Shown here: positions 22,901-32,672 of the stretch, piece after piece
How positions within the stretch are numbered: position 1 is the first letter of the stretch
Layout: each line of letters begins with the position of its first letter
DNA from: Seison nebaliae
Lineage: Eukaryota
Direction of reading: 5' to 3'
DNA: 58,555 nucleotides
Assembly (NCBI GenBank): GCA_023231475.1
Contig: JALJEE010003272.1
Coordinates: 1-58,555, forward strand
The notes under the pieces: model-generated
Database searches by the model: none
What the model was told of the DNA's origin: nothing
The model's input: the letters and a program-made list of their open reading frames with translations, nothing else
Translations under genes and position numbers: made by a program

Positions 22901-25900
22901 TCATCATCATCATCATCTTCTTCTTCACTTCCACAAAACTTATCGACAAATGACAATGATAATAATTGTAGTTTAGGTTTATATCAGATGAATATTATTC
23001 GTTCATTGAAAGCTTTCCATAATTTGATTTCCGCCATCTATATTTGGCAAGATACGATCGATGGAACGGAGAAACTTTTATATGATCATCTCTCCGAAAC
23101 GATGGTAATGATATCCACCTCAAGAAATAATATAATAAATTATAAATTTCTCAAAAATTTATATTCGGTTGATCTGTCGAAGAAGTTGTTGAATCGACTC
23201 GATTTCCTTCCCAACATTTTAGATCATCACAATTATTTCATGTCCACTTGTGAAATTTTTATTCCGTTAATTTATGTATTAAGAAATTTAATTTTATTCG
23301 AATATGACGTTTTTCGAGAGGAGGCTATTAATCTCATTAATAAATCAGGACGACATATCATTCATTTGGCACGAGAGTCCAATACCAATCATCAACATGA
23401 CGATGAAGTATTTATTAGTTGGACGAGTGAAATCATTTCAATTATCTTATCATCAAATGATATTCAATCATCATTTACTCATTTTATCGATTATATCACA
23501 TTCCTCAATTCTCTACATCCCAACATTCCACATCTCGATGAGAATTGTCAAAATGATTTGAATCAAATATTAAGAATATCGACTATCGATTATAAAAAAT
23601 ATATTTCCACTAATTCCACTCCCAACGGAATGGATGATGATGAGAAATATTTCGATACGAATCCATTCGCTAATCGTCATCAATCCAATTCATCATCAAC
23701 ATATATTAATGAGAATGATTATATTCCATCATCATCATCCATCGGTATAATTACTTCACGTCGTATTCAAAATATTCTCAAATCGGAAAATTTGAATTCA
23801 TCAATTTCATCGAATCATTTGGAAAACGAAGAAAAATTATCATCATCATCATCATCATCATCATCATCGTCATCGTCATCGTTTCCAGATATTAAAGATA
23901 GTTCGATCAATGACGAATCATCATTATCGATGAAGAATGAATTGATAAAGAATTTATTTAATCTCATTCTCATTGATGAGAAGAATGAGGATCATATTTA
24001 TTATTTTATCGGTTATCGAATTTTCTTGAGGAATCTTTTACTGAATTATCTTCTGGAAATATTTGAACATTCGTCATTCATCGAATTTACAGAAATGATC
24101 TTTCTCACTTTTGGATTCCAATGGCTACTCACTTTCCTCCATCCATCAATTCATGAATCAACTCGTTCTAGAATTCTTTTATTCTTTTCAAATCTCCTCC
24201 CATACAATATCAAATTATGTCACTTGTTCTTCAATGAACCGATTCTTTTCAATCGTTCATTCTCTTCATCATCACTCACCACATCATCCACCAGTTCCTC
24301 TACCACCAATCCTACCAATCAATCGACAACAACCTCCAATAATTCAGGTAATCAATCGACAACATCGATCGGTAATCGAACTTTCAAATATCGGAATGGC
24401 GAATTCCTTTTTCGTCAACGATGGTTATCCACACAGCATCTACCCGTTCTCTATTCGGCTTTGTCATCAGTACGAACGTTCGACGGTAAACCGTTCACCA
24501 TCGCACTTCAACGATCGAATATCACACCGTTCGAATATGTGAGTTATTTGTGGCGAATAAATTCAAATAATTTAATTTTGTATCTCCCACTAATTTCCTT
24601 ATCATTTGTACATTCGAAATCATCAGAATTTTATTCGATTTGTGCACAATCCAAATATTTCTTCTTATCTAATCGAACCTTCTTAAACATTCTCAGTGAG
24701 TCATTCAATTCCGAACAATCCGATTGGAAGATCGATCGAATTAAACAAACTCTCAAAATTAGGAAATCTTTGAAAAAATTACAAAACGTTCGACAAGTCA
24801 TGAGTAAATCATTCAAATCTTATCTTTCATATGAGCAACATAATCGATATGGACAATATTCGAAAAATAATCAAAAAAATACAAATAATCAGAAATCGAT
24901 GAATGAACGTGGAACTTCGTTCCATTTGTCGAATGAGAAAGAGAAGAAACAAAAGAAGATTTTCACCGATTCAAATTTATTTCGTTTGTTAAGTGGAAAT
25001 ATTATTTGTGGGAGTTTCACATCAGCCGCTATTCAATTATTGGAATCAAATGAGAATTGTAATCGAATGAAATCACCTAATGTTACAAATCAAAATTGTC
25101 AGTCAAATCTCGTCAATAATGATTATGGAGATTTGTGGAAATTATTTGAATCAGGTAAATTATATAAGAAATTAAATCATACTGATATCTTCTCATATTC
25201 TTTAAAATTCGATTCGGATTATCGAGATAATTTCTCTTTAAATAATTCCATTGTTGGAATAAATATTCGACCGATTATTTTCCTTTGGAAAATCATTAGA
25301 GAATTATTAGGGAAAGTTCAGACTATTCATCTTCATTCCAATCCTTCACTTTTACTACCATCCAATGATGATAATGAACAAATGAATGAAACGAGAACTT
25401 TAAAGAAAGATAATGAAAAGAATGAATCTGAATTGGAATGTATTCGAGTTCTACTCGTTTCTTTCATGTCGTTATTCTCCGAATTATATCATCGGAAAAT
25501 TGGAGGATTTCCAATTCATTGTTTAATCGATCGACAATTATTAACTGCCATTATCTCCTCCTTATCATCATCATCATCATCATCATCAACAACACAACAA
25601 TCATCATCGATATCATCATCATCATCATCATCATTAAAAGAACAGGAATATAATCAACAACAAGAAAATGAGAAAAAATTATCAAACCATCAGAAAACCA
25701 TCAATGATGATAGTGAGAGTCGGAGTGATAGTGACATCAGTATTGATAGTAATGAATTAGATGAGAAATTAGAGGAGATGGACAATCGTCGAAAACAAAT
25801 GGTGGCAGCAATCGAATCGAATATCGTCGAAAATGAAGAGACGCAATCCATTCTAACAACAACAACAACAACAATAACGAATGAGATAAATCCAATATTT

Positions 25901-28900
25901 CATTCAATTAAAATAAATATCATAAATTTTTTAAGAAATCTTATCACTGATAATATGGCGATAACTGCTGGTGACATATCGACAATTCAACGATGTTCAA
26001 ATGCGTCAGAAGGTTTGAAAAAATCATCAAAAGAATTTATGAATCTCATCGCTCCATTTGATGCCATCGATCGATTACATGATGATAATTATTCCATCTA
26101 TTTACAGAATGATCAATCTGGCAATAATTTAACGACAAACTCCACAATCAATTTAACATCATCCACTTCCACATCACAACCATCATCATCATCATCATCC
26201 ATCAATCAGATATCGTCAAATAATTACGAATATCAATCACTTTATTTCGAACATTTCCAATTGTATGTAACAGCCTCACAATTATTAACGAAGAATCCAA
26301 TTTTCACTCTCAATAACATCATCTCATTGACAAATGATATTTTCTTCAATTCTCTTACCATTTCAACAACAACAACAACAACAACGTCATCGAATAATCG
26401 TATTAATTTATTGACTCAATTATATGATTCTGTTATCGATCGATTGTTTGAGACGGAGGCAGTAACAGCGCCATTACTTTCTGGTTTATTTAATCAACAT
26501 ACCGTCACATCGTTAAGAGCACAAGGATGTATCGCTTCGTTCGTTTGTCGATGGATTGATAGTGTGTGGTTGAAGGAATATGGTCGTGATTGTCGTGAGA
26601 TCTTCGATATTTGTGTGAGATTTATGAAACAGTTTAAAAACGGTTTACAATTATTACCATCAAACGGAAATAATAATCTTTCGTCTTCCGTTTCAACATC
26701 ATCTTCATCATCACACAACGATTTATTGAGATGTGATTGTAGTCAAAAACAATTGATTGTAGATGTTCCTTCCATCAATCGATCTTTTCTCAATTCATTA
26801 CATCGAAGTGTTTTATATATGTTGTCTCGACCGATTAATTCCAGTCAAGAATGTCATATTCGATTGGATAGTCTCATGAGATTATCCTCAAACAAATCTT
26901 TCTTTCTCGATCGTTCATCAACTCATTCGCCAACTGAAAATGAATTTCTCGTTTGTTTAACTTATTGTCTCTTGAGATTGACTTCATCGGAAACTGGAAA
27001 GAATTTCAATTCACGTGAAACTCAATATCGGACAGCATATAATGCCTTAATAATTGAATGTAATCGATTATGGCAACAAATTTATTATTCGAAAAAAAAT
27101 GAATTACAAGACGCATTCAAAATTAATTTTGCCCAAATTTCAATTTCACCATCAAAATTAGGAAATGACGAACTCAATTCATTCAACAAACAATTGAGCA
27201 CTACCGTCATTCTGGGAACGACTTTGAATGATCGTTGTCCATTATTAGATGATATTCGATCCGAAATTTCCATCATCGTTAACGAAACATGGAATACTTT
27301 CATATCATCTACCAATAAACAATTTTTGAATATCTCTCAAAATTTTATGGGCAGTGGAATTTTCTCCACAACACACATCGCTCAACGTCTTCAAAAAGTG
27401 ATGTCTGGCGTTCGAATTTGGAGTTCATCCACATCATCATCAGCTGCCACATCAATAGTAGCAACAACAACATCAACAACATCATCGAATAATTTAATGA
27501 ATAATGGTGGAACATCGACATCATCATCATCAGTATTTCTCCAACAACAAAATTCGATATTTGCTGATGGTTTAGAAACGATCGATGGGAATATTCTTAT
27601 AGAGAATAATAATTTGAATAATAATTTGAAAAAACATCATATTAATCGATTTGATGATATTCAGATGAGAAAAGATCAGGATAATGAGAATCTTCTTCAT
27701 TTATTTCATTCTTTCATTCTTCCCATCGTCAGTTCTCGTCTCAGACATGATGCTATCCAATTGAGACAATTGATGAAGAATGAACAGATTAATGGATGGA
27801 AACGATGGAAATTATTCGTTGAATATAATTTGATTCGTGAACGAGGAATTTGGGGCGATCAATTACCAGACATCCATCAGAAATATTATCTCGATTCAAC
27901 CGAATCAGGAGGAAATCGTAAACGTCGACGATTATTGCCGAATCCCACCTTTTATGACGTTTATCCGCCACTCGCTCTCGATACACCGATGGAAGCCATT
28001 CTCAATCTTCCCGTTAATTCGAGATCTGCTTATTCAAAAAAATTTAATATGCCTACCAGTTTCGATAGTGTCTTCCATTATTATCTTCGAAAATATTCGG
28101 ATAAAACACAAGATTTATTCATAAGCAATGAAGGAACGAAAACGATAGAGAATCATCCAAATTCCGTTTTAACGGAAATTAAAAAAGAAGAAATTGATGA
28201 AAGAAAAGAAGAAATTGATGAAGGAAAAGAAGAAATTGATGAAGGAAAAGAAGTTAAGTCGAATAACGAGAATATTGATGAAGTACAAGATGTGGAGAGT
28301 ATAATGAAATCGGCAGTTGCGGTTCTTGGTGTCACAACGTCTAACACTTTAACATCCTTAAATGAGATTAATGAGGAGAAGAATTCGAATAGTGATGAAA
28401 TTGTAAATGAAGAGACATCGACATTAGACGAGAAAAGGAAAGAGAATGAGAAATTGTTTGAAAAATTGAAAAATGAGAATGAAACGTCGGAAGAGAAAGA
28501 TGTGGATAAACAACGACAAATGATGACGAAGAATACGAAAATTTCACGTTCGAAAAAAATGAATGGAAAATATGGGAATTATTTCAATCAGAATTCCATT
28601 CTTCGAGAATTAATGGTAAACGATTCCGTTCAATTAATTTATCGTACCAGTCGAGTTTATGGATTGGATGCTTTTGATGGAATATTTATTATTGGACGAT
28701 CTTACATCTACGTCATTGACGGATATACAATCGTTAATTATGATAAAATTAATGAGGAAGAAGAAGAACAACAACAACAATCATCTAAATCGATAGTGTC
28801 ATCATCTCAGCAGAATGTGGAGGAGCAGAATGAATTTGCTCAAGAGACGGGCGATGTTGCCGATATTGGATATATGGAGAATTATGAACCGATAATGCCT

Positions 28901-31900
28901 CACACACCATCGTCAACGGATTTACCGTTGAGTTATGAGAGACGAAAAATCCCCATCAAAAATATCAGTGAGATATATCGTCGACGTTATTTGTTGCAAC
29001 ATCAAGCCATCGAAATTTTTTCTTATGATGGAAATAATATTTTATTGGCATTCGATTCTCCAAAACGTTTGGAAGGTGTTTATTCTGCTTTATTGAAAGT
29101 ATCAACGAAATTAGAAGACTCGCCACATTTGTCCGTTTCCGGACAGAAACGAGGTGCTCATGTTGAAAATCAAGGTGGAATTTTTAATTCATTAATAGAT
29201 CGTAGTAATAGTCGTCATTCAGTAACTGATCGTTGGCAAAGAGGAGAGATTTCCAATATGCAATATCTCATGTGTCTCAATACGTTGGCAGGACGATCAT
29301 ATAATGATCTGATGCAATATCCGATATTTCCTTGGATTTTAGCTGATTATACGAGTTGTGATTTAGATTTTTATTCGAGTGAAACTTTTCGTGATTTGAC
29401 GAAACCAATGGGAGCTCAAACGGAGAAAAGACGTCAACATTTCATTCGACGTTATGAGGAATGGGATGAATTCGCCGAAGAAGGACCACCATATCATTAC
29501 GGGACACATTATTCATCTGCCATGATAGTGGCATCATATCTGGTACGAATGGAACCATTCACCAGTACATTTCTTCGTCTCCAAGGCGGTCATTTCGATT
29601 TAGCGGATAGAATGTTCCATTCTATTAATGAAACATGGTTATCAGCTAGTCGAAATACGATGGCGGATGTGAAGGAATTAATTCCTGAATTTTTTTATTT
29701 ACCCGAATTCCTTTTGAATGAGAATCGTTTCGATTTGGGAAAGAAACAAAATGGAACGGTCTTGAACGATGTTATTTTACCGCCATGGGCAAAAGGAGAT
29801 GTTCGTGAATTTATTCGAGTACATCGAGCGGCATTAGAAAGTGATTATGTTTCCGCTAATTTGAATCATTGGATCGATTTGATTTTCGGTTATAAACAAA
29901 TGGGAGAAGAAGCCATTAAAGCGACGAACGTTTTTCATCATTTATTTTATGAGAGTCAAATTAAATTACATGAAATTGTCGATCCAATGAAAAGAAATGC
30001 TATTGTTGGATTTATTAATAATTTTGGACAAATTCCTACACAACTTTTCCGTCGACCACATCCATCGAAGAAATTATCGATTCATCTCCTTCAATCTCTC
30101 TCACTCAATCAACAATCAGATGAGGATAAACCATCAGGAATGAATGAATCAAATGAATTGAATAAATATGCTCAAGAAACAATTCCAAAGAATGTAACGA
30201 GTAGTCTTTGTGGATGTTTAGCTGGATCGACAATTCTTTTTTATCATAATCTTCATCATCATTTAATTCCACCAAAATCTCCATTAAAAGAATTGAAATT
30301 TGCTGTTGGTCAAATTATAACGAAACAAGCACAACATCTTCTCTATTCGACTGGTGCTCGTTATAGTGCCAATATGGGATTACCATCATCAACGATAGCG
30401 TCAATGAATGTCGTTGCGACAAAAGGACAATTAACAAAATTGAATATTAATTCATCAATCTCTGAGGAACAAATGAATCAATTTATTGCGGTGGAACAAA
30501 ATAAAATTTTAATTCCTCCAAATTACGATAAATATATCGCGTTCGGTTTCTCTGATCGATCTCTTCGATTCGCTCAATCAAATAATGATCGAGTCATTCA
30601 AGTTTACGAAAATCTCGTTGGTGTCAACGAGATAAATGATGGTGGTGATATTTTATGTGCAGCGATGATCTCCCCAACAATTCTCGTAACTGCAGGAAAT
30701 TCTACAGTTCTTTGTGTATGGGATGTGAGTTGTGTTTTATCAACAAACAATTTATCATCATCATCAACAACAATAACTACCAGTAGTACAATTACGAATA
30801 ATTTAGATAATTTCGATAATGACTTTCATAATGAGAGTTTATTAGAGACGGATAAAATTTTCAATGAAAATGGATATTTCGATATCGATAATATTCGCAA
30901 TGCAATCAATGCGACTCGACCGAAATTAGTGGCGAGATTATTCGGACATTCTCAACCCATCACTTGTATCGTTACGAGTCTCACTTACAAAATCATCGTT
31001 AGCGGTTCTCGTGATCGTACGACGATAATTTGGGACTCCGTCAATTTGAAATATCTTCGACAAATGTCCGTTCGACATATTGCTCCAGTTAGCGCGATTG
31101 CTATTAATGAGAGTAATGGAGATATCGCTACTGCCGCTATAACTTATCTTTATATTTGGACTTTGCACGGACAATTAGTCGCCGTTATTGATACATCTTT
31201 CACACAAACATCAACAATTAAATTATCATCATCATCATTAAATTTATCATCAAAACATAAAAAAGAAGAGAAGATTTTTGATGACAGTTTAAGAGATTCG
31301 ACATTTATTCGAACAACTTCTTCATCGAATGATTGGAAAGAAGAATTGAAGAAATTCAAAGACGACGAATATAATAAATATATGAATCATTCGATAATAC
31401 TCTCCAAATCGCAGAAAGATCTTTCGAAAGATAACGACAATTTCTATCATTCACCAACCAATCAACAACAACATCAAATTTTATGTATCACATTCTCCAC
31501 TGCTCACGAATGGGATTTCCATAATGTCATCGTAACAGGTGGAAGTGATGCCATCGTCAAATTCTGGAGTATCGATTATATTCAACAATCGACGAAAGTC
31601 GATACGAATGAAATGAAAACAGATAAATCGAACGAAACCATTAAAGAAGCATCGAACGATAATGAAAGATCTCCTGATGATCAAGAAACGGAAACGATGG
31701 AAGAAGAAACGAAATTATTATACGAAAATATCGATCAGGAACCAGCAGATCAAGATTTCATCGTATTGAACGAAGATAATTTAATGCAACAATGTCAATC
31801 GAATTCCATGGTCAATTCACGTCCTTTATGGCCAATTTATCATTTCCTGAAAAACGGTTTTTTTATATTTTTTTTCTTCATTTCAATTCGTCTAGGAATG

Positions 31901-32131
31901 AAATGGAAACGATGTCTCGTCAATCGAGGACAATTGAAAATGCCAAAAGAAGTTTCTGCTATCACAGCATTAGCCATCTCAAAGTTTGATGACTTTTTCA
32001 CCATTTCTTTCATTTATTCTCATCGATTTAGTGATCATCAATATTTATATATCGGAGACTCATCTGGAGGTGTTTGGTGTTGGAATGCATCTTTATCACT
32101 CACTAAATTCTCAGAGAGTATCGAAAAATGA
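17000..32131 (+). CDS. WDFY3: WDFY3/Alfy (Blue cheese)-like giant PH-BEACH-WD40 autophagy scaffold, ~5,014 aa; probable in-frame introns 31857-31895 and 31984-32031
   Basis: N-terminus LTYLRKLF...MLPLFQRAF...EEIRR and LPSTLVKCIYIFYDLP; YIDFDLSLEGYSCIILPSIAPQ; GGVGSGERVFPP; RRRYLLQ; BEACH (WQRGEISNMQYLMCLNTLAGRSYNDLMQYPIFPW...HYGTHYS...DVKELIPEFFYLPEF...FGQIP); WD40 repeats. No FYVE domain seen. Confidence 0.95.
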   Translation: MTKKNLISTLNSETLSLTYLRKLFYEYQHLSTAEKAEDGNDNILEMLPLFQRAFTSPQQTRLHDILDKFPNVVEFASVIGKFFVEEIRRFGKNQTTLNAAISIAQYLERGNLECAYLFSIENIEKVDLSILSNRSTLREYRGHLLLSTLMRLSTGPVAVIEAMTRTALPSTLVKCIYIFYDLPTISKEEKDDEMKLIERRILLHSTFSQLIIRLAEFSFVSEELVRRDDFALLLSVLCSWCSISNTSWKMLTSNILNIIAKSSLTQNVVNNIKQRKCMSNCISAINMMIDVIIKNYEILKDESNEIIDKNKCLIFNQTTTTTTNPLNSQLSIPNNEKKDVVGLIRNLNDAIVDVLAFLTNCSLQSREPLNSFQLADGYDMIVRCMLTYEMFLIDSSSTIISGEIRSEINLSIQNIVDKIKELLLTGYMEQKLRNIEAIIADESSLLIGFVLPSKSKGKGFTIRNLNVYVILHECLQHSRSSEITVKFIDLIFYLFELDIYNYLLTFKSFPLAAIIEKLYEHSVSTQLRILSLLEWFIFYTKLIVKKELTSLTIVMKSLVMNDQNEPINLSIDERNECLLRIITSLNKILRFNTPVFREVFRQIGLVDIIITILKKNIATLRNDVSDDSEEYSGKHREIATSLFQFIQTILSSNSSNMTSGSIPPNIHHQSTSSISSCSSIPSKETKSPYDNAQLVASLMRDLGLSRVIHNLIPYIHFRQQSLHLIIQLIFNGIQITQQTTHNKLDRRLNQQNNSCPAEDDLATLLGTLLLLQPKSEVKENDENIYRSLPISFDDFIEFKLDILTALLYLLRESHKIRLIFRKIGGFVYMISLLAQLQNCFSFRHEWKANEENNWRDICFYRRLLLLQRIIYTIGTVLKLEPGSSRHFNSEVGWNLAFLQAMKLNETLVDSSTNVDTLINYGPIDNHCDGSEEVEDCRSKLNSVTMMLVMMYGMEKTENILSNAEKESDILNKMFANPILSLNEISMTVQQYYYPTYQLLYEWFFTCHIDVIIHHREKLKKNILDSCCSKRQGKFSSLAQQTLDLLKLRKCFRANETDKILLDELGNDEELFEYFFNSYRQCYSSIYLLRCIYDTIFDHRIDLIYFINQKNLQTTEQLYSTYELLFSSIIQYSMNCQEITIINNEMMVHCNIVEFLLQSLSLMPNYSLRHFLIEHILQLFMFGEKYSLQLNEKSFLVQNMRCEVNVQQAAFSSLTQTLVHNVMSCGKVVEKNWIGKLNYRNFYLKKSNSDIYDGHNSLKFYELLIKQFLKLIKDFLPFYCLPNDLTQLFRLLPLPNIFPYNRLQNLVNLFTENNSSIYQHNQLVPYDNNNNNNTNSLSTIHGCCTSYSSYIDFDLSLEGYSCIILPSIAPQTINDHNSNNSTINAMSLAKGRVANIISLTKYQSSTDNLINGGVGSGERVFPPKDGMTFSTWISVKRWCSANTHPVRLLSLIRSVGNFSTKSMKCFSILLTNQGKCIIISTQEMNNNNDPVKCGIESSNSNSTDNADGITCIALPSYITDVILSKGNWVHFVVTLARRTSSVLSKQQTNLFIYINGMFIASRRLPYISLNIGGTNTPSSGIGLVPNTLGSAVSGMLNVAIGDTQQTLGTSIPTTTTTINESLGTTTTTTTTNSNYRNQSTISLTPNTIVQIYAVIGTARSQRQLSDLHWRQGGCLLVEECLQLDQIFILYALGPKYIGNFQNVPIDLHIALSLTLSQNSSMENQFNSSDDFQLTDCQLNKQQHSYQQKMQLKKILQNTRLVQAIRQNNPIDSIRQLCGQLINEDKITFSLHTTASWDVSISKIRKCFNRNDARFIARQLNISCHDNLVPIKIIYNAAMHLSGAARSVGGFLIGHLGVRLIQPWSSSISFTQIDGSHILLASIAMTKNRSELYSAYKILVQSIGKNKKLSDEFEENNLYSILGTLLHKKKNLLTPQAFNQTIPLVFNTNDYNGIIYEAKFHPLNEQSSSSSSSSSSSSLPQNLSTNDNDNNCSLGLYQMNIIRSLKAFHNLISAIYIWQDTIDGTEKLLYDHLSETMVMISTSRNNIINYKFLKNLYSVDLSKKLLNRLDFLPNILDHHNYFMSTCEIFIPLIYVLRNLILFEYDVFREEAINLINKSGRHIIHLARESNTNHQHDDEVFISWTSEIISIILSSNDIQSSFTHFIDYITFLNSLHPNIPHLDENCQNDLNQILRISTIDYKKYISTNSTPNGMDDDEKYFDTNPFANRHQSNSSSTYINENDYIPSSSSIGIITSRRIQNILKSENLNSSISSNHLENEEKLSSSSSSSSSSSSSSFPDIKDSSINDESSLSMKNELIKNLFNLILIDEKNEDHIYYFIGYRIFLRNLLLNYLLEIFEHSSFIEFTEMIFLTFGFQWLLTFLHPSIHESTRSRILLFFSNLLPYNIKLCHLFFNEPILFNRSFSSSSLTTSSTSSSTTNPTNQSTTTSNNSGNQSTTSIGNRTFKYRNGEFLFRQRWLSTQHLPVLYSALSSVRTFDGKPFTIALQRSNITPFEYVSYLWRINSNNLILYLPLISLSFVHSKSSEFYSICAQSKYFFLSNRTFLNILSESFNSEQSDWKIDRIKQTLKIRKSLKKLQNVRQVMSKSFKSYLSYEQHNRYGQYSKNNQKNTNNQKSMNERGTSFHLSNEKEKKQKKIFTDSNLFRLLSGNIICGSFTSAAIQLLESNENCNRMKSPNVTNQNCQSNLVNNDYGDLWKLFESGKLYKKLNHTDIFSYSLKFDSDYRDNFSLNNSIVGINIRPIIFLWKIIRELLGKVQTIHLHSNPSLLLPSNDDNEQMNETRTLKKDNEKNESELECIRVLLVSFMSLFSELYHRKIGGFPIHCLIDRQLLTAIISSLSSSSSSSSTTQQSSSISSSSSSSLKEQEYNQQQENEKKLSNHQKTINDDSESRSDSDISIDSNELDEKLEEMDNRRKQMVAAIESNIVENEETQSILTTTTTTITNEINPIFHSIKINIINFLRNLITDNMAITAGDISTIQRCSNASEGLKKSSKEFMNLIAPFDAIDRLHDDNYSIYLQNDQSGNNLTTNSTINLTSSTSTSQPSSSSSSINQISSNNYEYQSLYFEHFQLYVTASQLLTKNPIFTLNNIISLTNDIFFNSLTISTTTTTTTSSNNRINLLTQLYDSVIDRLFETEAVTAPLLSGLFNQHTVTSLRAQGCIASFVCRWIDSVWLKEYGRDCREIFDICVRFMKQFKNGLQLLPSNGNNNLSSSVSTSSSSSHNDLLRCDCSQKQLIVDVPSINRSFLNSLHRSVLYMLSRPINSSQECHIRLDSLMRLSSNKSFFLDRSSTHSPTENEFLVCLTYCLLRLTSSETGKNFNSRETQYRTAYNALIIECNRLWQQIYYSKKNELQDAFKINFAQISISPSKLGNDELNSFNKQLSTTVILGTTLNDRCPLLDDIRSEISIIVNETWNTFISSTNKQFLNISQNFMGSGIFSTTHIAQRLQKVMSGVRIWSSSTSSSAATSIVATTTSTTSSNNLMNNGGTSTSSSSVFLQQQNSIFADGLETIDGNILIENNNLNNNLKKHHINRFDDIQMRKDQDNENLLHLFHSFILPIVSSRLRHDAIQLRQLMKNEQINGWKRWKLFVEYNLIRERGIWGDQLPDIHQKYYLDSTESGGNRKRRRLLPNPTFYDVYPPLALDTPMEAILNLPVNSRSAYSKKFNMPTSFDSVFHYYLRKYSDKTQDLFISNEGTKTIENHPNSVLTEIKKEEIDERKEEIDEGKEEIDEGKEVKSNNENIDEVQDVESIMKSAVAVLGVTTSNTLTSLNEINEEKNSNSDEIVNEETSTLDEKRKENEKLFEKLKNENETSEEKDVDKQRQMMTKNTKISRSKKMNGKYGNYFNQNSILRELMVNDSVQLIYRTSRVYGLDAFDGIFIIGRSYIYVIDGYTIVNYDKINEEEEEQQQQSSKSIVSSSQQNVEEQNEFAQETGDVADIGYMENYEPIMPHTPSSTDLPLSYERRKIPIKNISEIYRRRYLLQHQAIEIFSYDGNNILLAFDSPKRLEGVYSALLKVSTKLEDSPHLSVSGQKRGAHVENQGGIFNSLIDRSNSRHSVTDRWQRGEISNMQYLMCLNTLAGRSYNDLMQYPIFPWILADYTSCDLDFYSSETFRDLTKPMGAQTEKRRQHFIRRYEEWDEFAEEGPPYHYGTHYSSAMIVASYLVRMEPFTSTFLRLQGGHFDLADRMFHSINETWLSASRNTMADVKELIPEFFYLPEFLLNENRFDLGKKQNGTVLNDVILPPWAKGDVREFIRVHRAALESDYVSANLNHWIDLIFGYKQMGEEAIKATNVFHHLFYESQIKLHEIVDPMKRNAIVGFINNFGQIPTQLFRRPHPSKKLSIHLLQSLSLNQQSDEDKPSGMNESNELNKYAQETIPKNVTSSLCGCLAGSTILFYHNLHHHLIPPKSPLKELKFAVGQIITKQAQHLLYSTGARYSANMGLPSSTIASMNVVATKGQLTKLNINSSISEEQMNQFIAVEQNKILIPPNYDKYIAFGFSDRSLRFAQSNNDRVIQVYENLVGVNEINDGGDILCAAMISPTILVTAGNSTVLCVWDVSCVLSTNNLSSSSTTITTSSTITNNLDNFDNDFHNESLLETDKIFNENGYFDIDNIRNAINATRPKLVARLFGHSQPITCIVTSLTYKIIVSGSRDRTTIIWDSVNLKYLRQMSVRHIAPVSAIAINESNGDIATAAITYLYIWTLHGQLVAVIDTSFTQTSTIKLSSSSLNLSSKHKKEEKIFDDSLRDSTFIRTTSSSNDWKEELKKFKDDEYNKYMNHSIILSKSQKDLSKDNDNFYHSPTNQQQHQILCITFSTAHEWDFHNVIVTGGSDAIVKFWSIDYIQQSTKVDTNEMKTDKSNETIKEASNDNERSPDDQETETMEEETKLLYENIDQEPADQDFIVLNEDNLMQQCQSNSMVNSRPLWPIYHFLKNGFFIFFFFISIRLGMKWKRCLVNRGQLKMPKEVSAITALAISKFDDFFTISFIYSHRFSDHQYLYIGDSSGGVWCWNASLSLTKFSESIEK
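28187..28252 (+). repeat. Three 21-bp coding tandem repeats (EEIDERK EEIDEGK EEIDEGK)
   Basis: gaagaaattgatgaa(a/g)gaaaa repeated three times. Confidence 0.85.
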
Positions 32132-32672
32132 TATGATCAATTGAGAGAGAGTTTAATTTTATTTATTTTTCTCAAAATTTCAACATGTCGTGTCAATAAT
32201 GACAATTGGAACATTCTTTCTATTTCACTCTATTCTGCAGTCCCAGTGAACCATATTTATTGAAATGTGCATCCATTTCTCTTTATATACTTCTCCCTTT
32301 ATTTCCGTTGCTTTTCATCACGTTTTTCATTGTCATTATTCTAAACATTCTTCATCATCTCATTTCATCATCTTCTATTCCCCAATATCTGATTTTCCAT
32401 TCGAACTCTGTCAATTTACATAAATTATTTTTCTAATAAAAATTATCATATCTTCTCAATTCTCAATTTTAATACTTTCTAAAACTTCATTATCCAAATA
32501 AAATTGACATTTTCCAATCAATTAGAGATATTTTCAAAGAAATATATTTCTCACACCCTAACATTAACATTTCTTATAAATTTCAATTGTTAATTTCTAA
32601 GAATTTATGCACATAAGATTTTAAAGAACATATATATTGAAAAAGAGAACAATTTTTTTAAAAAAGGGAAAA

